A stretch of 64,000 nucleotides of DNA from Vulcanimicrobiaceae bacterium. GTDB lineage: Bacteria; Vulcanimicrobiota; Vulcanimicrobiia; Vulcanimicrobiales; Vulcanimicrobiaceae. The DNA is taken from contig JBKQHO010000007.1 of assembly GCA_052267165.1 (NCBI GenBank), forward strand, positions 50,180 to 114,179, in the 5' to 3' direction. Shown piece by piece: positions 36,502 to 45,045 of the stretch. Both the position numbers and the translations under genes were made by a program. Numbering within the stretch: the first letter of the stretch is position 1; the number at the start of each line of letters is the position of its first letter. The notes under the pieces were generated by a model, which searched no databases, was not told where the DNA came from, and was given only the letters and a program-made list of their open reading frames with translations.

Positions 36502-37710
36502 TTAAGAACTTAAGCTCCGTTCGACAGCGAGCCCGGGCGCGGCTCGGCGCAAGATCGGCGCGAGCAGCCAGCCCGCGACGACGAGCGTGAGGAACACGAT
36601 CGCGAAGACCGCATCGATGAGCGCAGGCCGCGAGGGGAAGCCGGCTGGCAACTGCAGCGCCATCGCGAGCGACAGGCCGCCGCGCAATCCGGCCAGCGCG
36701 ATCGCATGTTTCCAACCCGCAGCTTCCGGGCCGCGCACGGGCGGCCGAGCGATGAGGTACGCCAGCAGAAAACGGGCTGCAACGACGCCGAGGAGCGTCA
36801 GCGCGATGAGCGCCGGCTCGTTGAAGATTCGCTCGAGCCGCAGCGTCAAGCCGACCAGCAGAAAGACGACCGCGTTGGCAAGCAGCGCGCTGCGGTCCCA
36901 GAAGCGGTCGATCCGCTCCGACGATGCCGCCCCGACCGAACCGCGGGTCAGGGAACGAAGCGCGATGCCGGCCGATGCGACGGCGAAGAGTCCCGAAGCG
37001 CTCACGGTCGTGGCCGCGGCGTAACTGCCGTACGCGACGACGATCGTCAGCGGGATGGCGCCGAGCGCATTGCCGAGGAGCGCGGCGGCGCGCGAGGCGA
37101 CGTACGCGAACGCGATCCCGACGGCGACGCCGGCGCAGGCCACATACACGAACTTCAGCGCCGCCAAGCCGGCCGCGCTCCAGTCGACGCCGACGGCTGC
37201 GAGCGGCACGAGCGTCTGAACCAGCACGAGCGCGACGGCGTCGTTCCCGATCGACTCGCCCTCGACGATCGTCAGCAGATCGCCCGGCAGCGAGAGCCGC
37301 CGAAACAGGCCGAGCACCGCGATCGGATCGGTCGCCGCCAAGATCGCGCCCAGCGTGAGCGCCGCGGCCCAGCCGACGCCGCCGGCACCGCGCGCGCAGA
37401 GCGCGATCGACGCGGCGGTCAACAGCACTCCCGGAAACGCAAGCGCCGCGACGGTGCCGCGAACACGCCACAGCGCGGCCGCGTCCATGTCCCACGTCGA
37501 CTCGAAGATCAGCGCGGGCAGGAACAGACCGAAGAGCAGCGGGCCGAGCTCGATCTGACGCGAGAACGGAAGAATGCCGCCGGCCGCTATTCCGACCAGC
37601 GTCACCGCGACAGGCGCCGGCAGGCCCGCGCTCGCCGTCACGCGCGCGAATAGAAACGCGACCCCGAGCAACACGACGACCAGAAGCACGTCGGACACGG
37701 GCGCCGGCAT
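36502..37710 (-). CDS. CPA1-family Na+/H+ (cation:proton) antiporter, NhaP-like
   Basis: 402 aa, about 11-12 TM. ATDPIAVLGLF and EGESIGNDAVALV motifs. Confidence 0.85.
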   Translation of the reverse strand: MPAPVSDVLLVVVLLGVAFLFARVTASAGLPAPVAVTLVGIAAGGILPFSRQIELGPLLFGLFLPALIFESTWDMDAAALWRVRGTVAALAFPGVLLTAASIALCARGAGGVGWAAALTLGAILAATDPIAVLGLFRRLSLPGDLLTIVEGESIGNDAVALVLVQTLVPLAAVGVDWSAAGLAALKFVYVACAGVAVGIAFAYVASRAAALLGNALGAIPLTIVVAYGSYAAATTVSASGLFAVASAGIALRSLTRGSVGAASSERIDRFWDRSALLANAVVFLLVGLTLRLERIFNEPALIALTLLGVVAARFLLAYLIARPPVRGPEAAGWKHAIALAGLRGGLSLAMALQLPAGFPSRPALIDAVFAIVFLTLVVAGWLLAPILRRAAPGLAVERSLSS

Positions 37711-37746
37711 TTCAGCTCGCGGCCGCGCGGACGCGGCCTCCTTTGC

Positions 37747-38409
37747 TTACGGGCGCTCGACCAGCGCGCGCAAGCCGTCGAGGTCGTACGAGAGCTCGCC
37801 GCGCCGGTAGCGCTCCAGCTTGACGCGTTCGGCCTCGACGCGCGCCGCGGCCGCGGCGAGGACTTCGTGGACGCGGGCGGCCGGTATCGCGACCGCGCCG
37901 TCGGCATCCATCACGACCAAGTCGCCGGAGCAGACCGTCGTTCCGCCGATCTCGAGCGGAGCGTCGAGCGCGCCGACGATCTTCTTCCCCGCGCTGCGCG
38001 CCCGCACGTAGCGCGTCCACACCGGCAGGCCAAGCGCGCGGATCTCGGCGACGTCGCGCACGGCCGCGTCGACCAGCACGCTCGCCACCCCGCGAGCGAC
38101 GCACTGTTCGGCTAACAGTCCGCCGATCATCGAGACGGGCCGGCTCTCGGGCATGCGCACGACCAATATCTCGCCGGGCCGAACGTGAGCGATCGCAGCG
38201 GGGACCATCAGGTTGTCGTCCTGCCCGCACAGTACGGTGCGCGCGCGCCCGGCGACCTTCGCATCGGGAATGATCGCGATCAAAGCGATATCGACCAGCC
38301 CGCTGCGTCCGGCGGCTTCGTAGACGGTCGAGACGCCGTACGCCTCGGCGGCGCTTTCGGGAGAATCGAAGGACGTGCGTTCGTTCATGAGTCCGCTTTC
38401 CACGCGCAC
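37747..38409 (-). CDS. RraA-family protein, long form (HMG/CHA aldolase / oxaloacetate decarboxylase-like)
   Basis: 220 aa. ...VYEAAGRSGLVD..., GGLLAEQCVARGVASVLVDAAVRD. The C-terminal helical extension is typical of the aldolase subgroup rather than the 160-aa RraA. Confidence 0.75.
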   Translation of the reverse strand: MRVESGLMNERTSFDSPESAAEAYGVSTVYEAAGRSGLVDIALIAIIPDAKVAGRARTVLCGQDDNLMVPAAIAHVRPGEILVVRMPESRPVSMIGGLLAEQCVARGVASVLVDAAVRDVAEIRALGLPVWTRYVRARSAGKKIVGALDAPLEIGGTTVCSGDLVVMDADGAVAIPAARVHEVLAAAAARVEAERVKLERYRRGELSYDLDGLRALVERP

Positions 38410-38431
38410 CGCAGTATTCTTTGAAGCGCCG

Positions 38432-39256
38432 TCAGTTGCCGATCACCTGGCGCAGCAAGCGCGCGGCGTTGTCGCGCAGGATCGCGTTCTCGGCGGTCGA
38501 GCCGAGCGCGAGCGCCTGCAACCCGCGCCGTTCGCTGTCGTAGGGATAGGGGGCGTTGGGAAAATCGGTTCCATACAGAACGTTACGGGCGTGAACGCGC
38601 AGCAGCGCGCGGTCGTGAAAAGCCTCGTGCCGTAAGGGCGATGGCGGCGCGAACACCATCGTCGTGTCGAGGTAGAGTTGCGGGTGGCGCGTCATCAGTT
38701 CGAAGTAGCCCGCCGTGTCGGGCCTGCCGAGATGCGCGACCACGAAGGCGAGCGAGGGGTGCCGCTCGAGCACGCGTGAGACGCGCGTCAGACCGTGGAG
38801 CGGCTGATATTGCCAAGGGATCGGTCCAACGTGCGCGAGCACGAAGCCGCGCCGCTCCGCCAGCAGCTCGTAGATCGGATCGAAGCGCGGGTCGTCGACC
38901 GCGACGCGCTGTACATCTTCGTGGATCTTGAGCCCGACGCAGCCGTCGTCGAGCGCGTCGCGCACGTCCCCGAAGGGATCCTTGTCGTCGAGGTGAGCCG
39001 TCGCGAGCGGCAGGCCGTAGCGGCCCAAGCTGCGCGAGACCTGGGCGAGCCAGCCGTTGAGCTCACGAGCGAGGCCCGGCTTGTGCGCGTAACTGCAAAA
39101 GACGAAACGCTCCACTCCGGCGGCACGCAGCGTCGCCGCGACCTCGTGTGGCTCCGTCGGCTGCTCGCTCAAGTCCCACGAGCTCCGCTCGGCGAACCAG
39201 CGCCGGATCGCGCCGAACAACTTGGGCGGATGGAGGTGCGTGTGAACGTCGATCAC
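38432..39256 (-). CDS. amidohydrolase_2-family metal-dependent hydrolase/decarboxylase/hydratase
   Basis: Start taken at VIDVHTHLHPP (GTG overlapping the upstream TGA as GTGA; coordinates from ORF-track frame). Metal motifs HxH...H...D (DTTMVF). The upstream 96 aa of the ORF-track version are Arg-rich noise. Confidence 0.75.
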   Translation of the reverse strand: MIDVHTHLHPPKLFGAIRRWFAERSSWDLSEQPTEPHEVAATLRAAGVERFVFCSYAHKPGLARELNGWLAQVSRSLGRYGLPLATAHLDDKDPFGDVRDALDDGCVGLKIHEDVQRVAVDDPRFDPIYELLAERRGFVLAHVGPIPWQYQPLHGLTRVSRVLERHPSLAFVVAHLGRPDTAGYFELMTRHPQLYLDTTMVFAPPSPLRHEAFHDRALLRVHARNVLYGTDFPNAPYPYDSERRGLQALALGSTAENAILRDNAARLLRQVIGN

Positions 39257-40107
39257 GCGAGGCGCACCGCAACGACTCGCAAGCGCCGGTAGTCGGCGTA
39301 CCACGCTCCGTCGCGAAAGAGCGCGGGCCGCAGCAATTCGGCGGCACGCGCCACGACGGTCTCGCGCCGCTGCTCGTCGAGCTCGTTCAAGCCCGAGCCC
39401 GCCGCGAACATCGAGACCCAGGCGGCGAAACCCTGCTCGCCGTTCTCGAGCCGCGTCGGACGGTCGAACAGCACCGCGAATCGCACCTCGAGGCCCGCGC
39501 CTTCCAGCACCGCCGCGTACGCGCCGACCGTCGGGAAATACCATGGATTGACGACGCCGCGGCCTGCCAGCTCGCGCGAGGCCGTGCCGAGCGCGGCGAG
39601 AATGGCCGCGACGTTTCCACTTCCGCCGAGCTCCGCGACGAAGCGGCCTCCCGGCCGCAGGTGCGCGGCGACGCGAGCCGCGACCGCCTCAGGCGGCACG
39701 ATCCAGTGTAGGACGGCGTTCGAAAAGATCGCATCGAAGGCCGGCGCCAGCGCAAACGCGCGCGCGTCCGCTTCGACGAACGTCAGGCCCGGATGCTCGC
39801 GGCGCGCGCGTTCGATCATCTCCGCCGACGCATCGACCCCCACGACGTCCGCACCCGCGTCGGCGATCGAACGCGTGAGGTGCCCGGTCCCGCAGCCGAG
39901 GTCGAGGATGCGCTCGCCAGGCTTTGGATCGAGCAGCGCCGCAAGCTCGCGACCGTACTCGTAGACGAACGCATGCCGCCCGTCGTACAGCGCCGCATCC
40001 CATCGCTGTTGCACGCCTTCTGGTTCGGCTCCAGGAGGCGGCCGGCCTGGCCTCGCGGACGCGCTGCGGGCGACCGCTTCGATCCCAAGAAGGCCCGTGC
40101 GCGCCAT
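39253..40107 (-). CDS. class I SAM-dependent methyltransferase (trans-aconitate methyltransferase-like)
   Basis: ILDLGCGTGHLT motif I, VVGVDASAEMI, FSNAVLHW. Start at the internal Met (40107) is approximate. Confidence 0.8.
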   Translation of the reverse strand: MARTGLLGIEAVARSASARPGRPPPGAEPEGVQQRWDAALYDGRHAFVYEYGRELAALLDPKPGERILDLGCGTGHLTRSIADAGADVVGVDASAEMIERARREHPGLTFVEADARAFALAPAFDAIFSNAVLHWIVPPEAVAARVAAHLRPGGRFVAELGGSGNVAAILAALGTASRELAGRGVVNPWYFPTVGAYAAVLEGAGLEVRFAVLFDRPTRLENGEQGFAAWVSMFAAGSGLNELDEQRRETVVARAAELLRPALFRDGAWYADYRRLRVVAVRLA

Positions 40108-40432
40108 GACGCACAATCGGCTCGCGGTCGTGGCCGGCACGCTCGAGGAAGTTGCCGGCCGGGCTCGGGCGGCGCTTTCGGAGGCCGGCGCGGTCGAACT
40201 CGAGCGCGGCCGGGTCGCGCGCGTCGACCGCGAGAAGTTGACGCGCTTCGTAAGCCTTTCGTAAAGTGGGCGTAACGATTGTCGAGTTTGCGACCCTTCG
40301 TGTTGCCTCAGAGTGGACCCAAGAGCGATCATCGTGCGAGGTGGGTCCCCCGTTTCGGGAACCGGAAGGAGAGCGATGGGCTCGGGCCGCCGCGCGGTTC
40401 GCACTGAACCGTGTCGCACGGCGGAGGATGGA

Positions 40433-40600
40433 ATGTCGAATTGTGAAGCAGAGACCGAAGCACTCACTAAGCTGCTGAACGATGCTCGGTCGGAGCTCGA
40501 GCGCGCGAAGGACGAGCGCGAGCGGCACACGCTCGGGCTGTACTGCGAATACCTCGAAGCAAGGCTCGCGCGTCTAAGAACGCAGCCGAACCTTTGCTGA
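40433..40600 (+). CDS. small hypothetical coiled-coil protein (55 aa)
   Basis: ATG preceded by GGAGGA at 4-5 nt; helical, charged sequence. No family recognised. Confidence 0.35.
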   Translation: MSNCEAETEALTKLLNDARSELERAKDERERHTLGLYCEYLEARLARLRTQPNLC

Positions 40601-40782
40601 GGACGGCCTTCACCAGTCTCGGACGGTAAAGTCGAGGCTCGGCTTCGCGCCCGGCGGAGCCGCCCCGGCGACGCGCACGTCGGCGCGCCACGTTCCCTTC
40701 ATCGAGGGCCGCCCTTCGGCAATCCGGTAGACGCCCGGTACACTGTTCGCGCCGCCGCTAGGCTAAGCCGCGACCCTTCGTT

Positions 40783-41103
40783 TCAGCCTACGGCGCGGAG
40801 GGCAACTTTGGCGGGACCCTCTCGCTCGCGGTTGCGGCCGGCCGCGAGCGAGAGATGGCGCAGGCGACAGACTCGCAGGAACGACGTGAAGTTACCCGTC
40901 TCTCCGCGATATTCGGTCAGTTCGTCGTGGAGCTTGACGATGAGCTGGTTCGTGCTCGAGCCTTCCCGCGCGGCCATCTCCGCGAGCACGTCCCAGAACA
41001 GGTTCTCCAGGCGCAACGTCGTGAGCACGCCGTGGATGCGCAACGAGCGCGTGCGCGATTCATATTGGATTGGATCGGATCGGCTCGGACGTAGAGCTGA
41101 CAC
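40783..41103 (-). CDS. ribbon-helix-helix (RHH_4-like) domain protein
   Basis: SLRIHGVLTTLRLENLFWDVLAEMAAREGSSTNQLIVKL...NFTSFLRVCRL fits the RHH_4 pattern. It lies 21 nt downstream of the GMC gene. Confidence 0.6.
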   Translation of the reverse strand: MSALRPSRSDPIQYESRTRSLRIHGVLTTLRLENLFWDVLAEMAAREGSSTNQLIVKLHDELTEYRGETGNFTSFLRVCRLRHLSLAAGRNREREGPAKVALRAVG

Positions 41104-41124
41104 GGCGCGGCTCCCTCGTTGCGT

Positions 41125-42693
41125 TCAGACGGCCTGTTTGCTCATTTGGTCCGCGATGTAGTCGGCTTGACGGATCGCGAGCGTGACGATCGTGAGCGTC
41201 GGGTTCTCGGCCGCGCCCGTCGTGAACTGGCTTCCGTCGGAGACGAACAGGTTGGCCATGTCGTGCGTCTGGCCGTGCGCGTTGACGACGCCGAGCTTGG
41301 GATCGGCGCTCATCCGGCACGTGCCCAAATTGTGCGTGGACGGGTAGGGCGGCGTGCGGAACGTCGTGACCGCGCCGGCGGCCTGGTAGACGAGCTCGCC
41401 CTGCTTGAACGCGTGCTCGCGCATCGCCAAGTCGTTGGGATGATCGTCGTAGTGCACGTTGGGCACGGGCAGGCCGAACTGGTCCTTCACGCCCTTGTTG
41501 AGCGTGACGCGGTTGGTTTCGCTGGGCATGTCCTCGCCGACCAGCCACATCCCGGCGACGTTGCTGTAGTTGTCCATGAAGTGCGTGAAGTCCGAGCCCC
41601 AGGCGCCCGGATCGAGGAACGCCGCGAAGAACGGGAGCCCGAGCGAGATCGTCTCCATCTCGTAGCCGCCCGCGAAGCCGCGGCTGGGGTCGAAGCGGTT
41701 CTCGTCGAGGATGATGCCGGCCATGGTCGTGCCGCGATACATGTGCACCGGCTTCTCGAAGGTCGCGTAGACCGAGCCGGTCAGGTGCCGCATGTAGTTC
41801 TTGCCGACTTGGCCCGAGCTGTTCGCCAGACCGTCGGGGAACTTGTTGGAAGCCGAGAGCAGCAGCAAGCGCGCGGTCTCGATCGAGTTCGCAGCGACCG
41901 CGACGACCCGAGCCTTCTGCCGCTGTTGATTGCCGCTCGCATCGGCGTAGACGACGCCGGTCGCCTTGCCCGCGGCGTTGTGCTCGATCTGCAACGCGTG
42001 CGCCTCGGTGCGCAGCTCGAGGTGCCCGGTCGCTTCGGCCTTGGGGATCTCGGTGTAGAGCGTCGACCACTTGGCTCCGGACTTACAGCCCTGGAAGCAG
42101 AAGCCGAGCTGCAGGCAGCTGGAGCGCTGCGCCCGCGGACGGCTGTTGATCGCCATCCGGCCGGTGTGGCACTCCTTGTAACCGAGCTTGGTCGCGCCCG
42201 CGTACATGACTTTGAAATTGTTGTTGCCGGGCAATCCCGGGATCCCGTTGGTGCGGGTGACGCCTAGCTTGTCCTCGGCCTTGGCGTAGTACGGCTCGAG
42301 ATCGCTCAGCCCGATCGGCCAGTCCAACAGGTTCGCGCCGGCGATATCGCCGTACGTCGTCTTGGCCTTGAACTCGTGCTCTTGGATGCGCAGCGACGCG
42401 CCGGCCCAGTGCGTCGTCGTCCCGCCGACGGTCTTGCACGTCCAGGCCGGGAGATTCGGAAAGTCGGTGGCGACGCGCCAGTTTCCCGACGTCGTGCGTT
42501 TGTCGAGCCAGGCGAGTTGGCCGAACGAATCCCACTCGTTGTTGACGAAACTCGCGTTGGACTGCCGTTTGCCGGCTTCGAGCAGCACCACGTTCACGCC
42601 GCGCTGCGCGAGCTCGTTGGCGAGCGTGCCGCCGCCCGCGCCCGAGCCGATGATGACGACGACGGAGCCGTCGTTGTGGTCGAAGGTAGCCAT
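41125..42693 (-). CDS. GMC-family FAD oxidoreductase (gluconate 2-dehydrogenase flavoprotein-like)
   Basis: VVIIGSGAGGGTLANELAQRGVNVVLLEAG ADP-binding fold. C-terminal GMC His/Asn region (HNLGTCRM...). Confidence 0.9.
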   Translation of the reverse strand: MATFDHNDGSVVVIIGSGAGGGTLANELAQRGVNVVLLEAGKRQSNASFVNNEWDSFGQLAWLDKRTTSGNWRVATDFPNLPAWTCKTVGGTTTHWAGASLRIQEHEFKAKTTYGDIAGANLLDWPIGLSDLEPYYAKAEDKLGVTRTNGIPGLPGNNNFKVMYAGATKLGYKECHTGRMAINSRPRAQRSSCLQLGFCFQGCKSGAKWSTLYTEIPKAEATGHLELRTEAHALQIEHNAAGKATGVVYADASGNQQRQKARVVAVAANSIETARLLLLSASNKFPDGLANSSGQVGKNYMRHLTGSVYATFEKPVHMYRGTTMAGIILDENRFDPSRGFAGGYEMETISLGLPFFAAFLDPGAWGSDFTHFMDNYSNVAGMWLVGEDMPSETNRVTLNKGVKDQFGLPVPNVHYDDHPNDLAMREHAFKQGELVYQAAGAVTTFRTPPYPSTHNLGTCRMSADPKLGVVNAHGQTHDMANLFVSDGSQFTTGAAENPTLTIVTLAIRQADYIADQMSKQAV

Positions 42694-42725
42694 GCGTTGC
42701 TCCTCGCTCTACGAATACGTGCGCG

Positions 42726-43301
42726 TCAGAGGGCGGCTTGATTGGCCGAGTATGGCGGCGGACTCGCCGCCTCGGGCGGGTTGGGCAGCCACGCCAAATC
42801 GTTGAAGCCGCGGTGCAGGTAGCCGCGCGGCCACGACGGGCCTTCGTAGCCGAAGTGCGCCCAAGCCATCTCGTTGTTGTAGAGCGAGGTGATGCATTTC
42901 GAGCGGACGGCCGCGAAGAACGGCGTGCCCGAGAGCGACTTGGCTGCGGCCAGCCGCTTCTCGGGGCTCGCGTTCGCGAAGTTTCCGCCGGCCGCCGAGT
43001 TGAGCGAAGCACAGCCCTGGTGCAGCAGCGCCGCGGTCTTCGGATCCTTGGCCGCTTCGGCGTCGAGGTCTTTGACCAGCAGCGCGTAGACGGCCGTCGG
43101 CAGGTCTTTGTGCGGATAGAGCGTTTGGCCGAACGCCAGGATCGTCTCGCCGTCGGGCTGCGACAACGCGTTCATCTCGAGCGCCCACACCCGGCTCGGC
43201 GCCAGCGTCGCCAGCACCGACGTGGCGGCGATGCTGCCGATCAACACCCCCGTGCCCTTCAGCAACTCGCGGCGGCTCAACAGGCCCGGATCGCTTGGCA
43301 T
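42726..43301 (-). CDS. gluconate 2-dehydrogenase subunit-3 (gamma) family protein with Tat signal
   Basis: Twin-arginine signal SRRELLKGTGVLIGS. The ATG at 43301 is preceded by GGAGGA; the ORF-track start at 43313 is less likely. Confidence 0.8.
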   Translation of the reverse strand: MPSDPGLLSRRELLKGTGVLIGSIAATSVLATLAPSRVWALEMNALSQPDGETILAFGQTLYPHKDLPTAVYALLVKDLDAEAAKDPKTAALLHQGCASLNSAAGGNFANASPEKRLAAAKSLSGTPFFAAVRSKCITSLYNNEMAWAHFGYEGPSWPRGYLHRGFNDLAWLPNPPEAASPPPYSANQAAL

Positions 43302-43496
43302 CTTCTCCTCCATCTGTCCGCGGAAAAATCCGCGGCACTCTCGTGAGAGGGCGCGTGAGAAACGAAACAGAGGACAGCAAGAAATCTCTTGCGCGCTCTT
43401 ATTAAGAAGATACTTTATTGTACGGAGCTTGACTACGGGTAATATCCCGCTAAATGCTTCCCCTAACTACGAGCCCCGCACGCCGCGCGGAACCGT

Positions 43497-44567
43497 TCAA
43501 AAGACCGGGACGAACGCGCTCAGGTCTAAATGGCGGATATCCAGACCCGAGATGCCGATCTCGGGGATCGCCGGAAATGGAACGTCGTAGCGGTCAAGCA
43601 CGTCCTTGAACCTGAGCATCGCACTGCGCCAGTTCTCCTTTTTAAGGTCGAAGCGCGGGACGCCGAAGCCCGCGGCTCGCGCGATCTCCTCGCAGTGGCG
43701 CTGGACCCCGATGAAGTCGCCCGGCAGATCCCAAAAGTCCTCCGGCGGCTCGAAGAGCACGGCGGACAGGAAGAGGTAGCCGGCCCGCACTTGCTTCGTG
43801 ATCTGCAGCTTGTCGTCGGACGAGAGCGTCGGATAGTCCCGCTCGATCAGCGAGGTGCAGAGGGCGATGTGACGCTCTTCGTCCCGTCCCACGTTGCGAA
43901 ACGCCTCTTTGAAGACCGGCTCGTTACAGCCGCGAACCATCTGCCGGTAGATCGTGGCGGCCGCCAGCTCGCCCATCAAGAACGAGCTGAAGAGCACCGT
44001 CAAGCTGTACTTCGAAATGGCTTTGCGGAAGCCGCTCCAGTAGCGCGCGCCGTTGTAGTAGAGCCAGCGCACGTTGCGCTGCGCCTTCTCGCCGAGCTCG
44101 GTCTTCGGCTCGTAGACGAGCGGACTGCCCGATTCCAGCAGCCGCGCGATCGCCATCCCGCAGAGTTGCTCGTGATTCTGCTCGTCGCGCACCAGTGAGA
44201 AGAACGCGCGGCGCACCGGATCCTCCTCGTGCACCTCGTACGCCTTGATCAAGGCTTCCGCGAAAACCGGCGGAGCCGATCCGTCGAAGACCGAGAGCAG
44301 CGACCACCAGTAAGCGATTGCCTCGCGTTCTTCCCACGTGTAGCGCGTGGGCTCGAACGTCTCCCAAGGAAGCTTGGCCGGATCCCAATAGTCGCGCTGC
44401 GAGGCGTCCCAGATCGCTTCGAATTGCGGCGTGCGTCGTTCCCAGCTCAGCGGAAAGACGTTGGGCTGCGCTATATCCGGCGGCAGCTCCATCGCATCTG
44501 CAAACCGGTCGTGCATCGCCCGCATCGTCTTGCCCCCGTGTACATGAAGAAACTTTCCACCGCGCAT
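43497..44567 (-). CDS. ferritin-like di-iron carboxylate protein (putative oxygenase/oxidase)
   Basis: 356 aa. Two ExxH motifs (DEQNHEQ, DEERHIA), each preceded by a helix with a Glu (FAEAL, MGELAA). Subfamily not identifiable by eye. Start could be 44567, 44525 or 44516. Confidence 0.65.
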   Translation of the reverse strand: MRGGKFLHVHGGKTMRAMHDRFADAMELPPDIAQPNVFPLSWERRTPQFEAIWDASQRDYWDPAKLPWETFEPTRYTWEEREAIAYWWSLLSVFDGSAPPVFAEALIKAYEVHEEDPVRRAFFSLVRDEQNHEQLCGMAIARLLESGSPLVYEPKTELGEKAQRNVRWLYYNGARYWSGFRKAISKYSLTVLFSSFLMGELAAATIYRQMVRGCNEPVFKEAFRNVGRDEERHIALCTSLIERDYPTLSSDDKLQITKQVRAGYLFLSAVLFEPPEDFWDLPGDFIGVQRHCEEIARAAGFGVPRFDLKKENWRSAMLRFKDVLDRYDVPFPAIPEIGISGLDIRHLDLSAFVPVF

Positions 44568-44708
44568 CGTAGGACCGCGATGTGAGGAAGTTGAGAAGGT
44601 CCCATGAGGCTGCCTATAATGAGGAGCATCGTTAGCCGAACGCCTGCCTTGCCAGGCGTCGAGCGAGAGCGGTCGGCTCTCTTGGCGGGAGAGACGCGCG
44701 AGAAGAGA

Positions 44709-44734
44709 CTATCATATTCAAATAATGAGATATG
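44709..44734. promoter_or_regulatory. AT-rich imperfect palindrome overlapping the arsR-family start (candidate operator)
   Basis: CATAT-N12-ATATG within ctATCATATTCAAATAATGAGATATG. It is the only AT-rich island upstream of the hydrogenase operon. I saw no SD before the ATG at 44725. Confidence 0.3.
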
Positions 44735-45045
44735 TCTTCAAAGCCGAGTTCTTCAAGGCTTTGGCGCACCCGCTACGGATCCAGGTCCTCGACGAACTGC
44801 GCGGCGGCCCGCTGAACGTCACCGAGCTGCGCGACCGTCTGGGAGTCGAGCAGTCGACGCTCTCGCAGCAGCTCGCGGTGCTGCGCTCCAGAAATCTGGT
44901 CGCTACGGCTCGCCAGGGCAACACGATCCGTTACGAGGTGCGCGACCCCGCGATCTGGCTACTGCTCGACTCGGCCCGCACGATCTTCGACAACCAGCTC
45001 GTCTCCGTGCAGAGCGTGCTCGAAGAGCTGCGCGGCGGGGCGTAG
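44725..45045 (+). CDS. ArsR/SmtB-family transcriptional regulator
   Basis: FKALAHPLRIQVLDEL...LNVTELRDRLGVEQSTLSQQLAVLRSRNLV winged-HTH. No Cys and a single His in the whole protein. The stop TAG abuts the next ATG. Confidence 0.9.
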   Translation: MRYVFKAEFFKALAHPLRIQVLDELRGGPLNVTELRDRLGVEQSTLSQQLAVLRSRNLVATARQGNTIRYEVRDPAIWLLLDSARTIFDNQLVSVQSVLEELRGGA

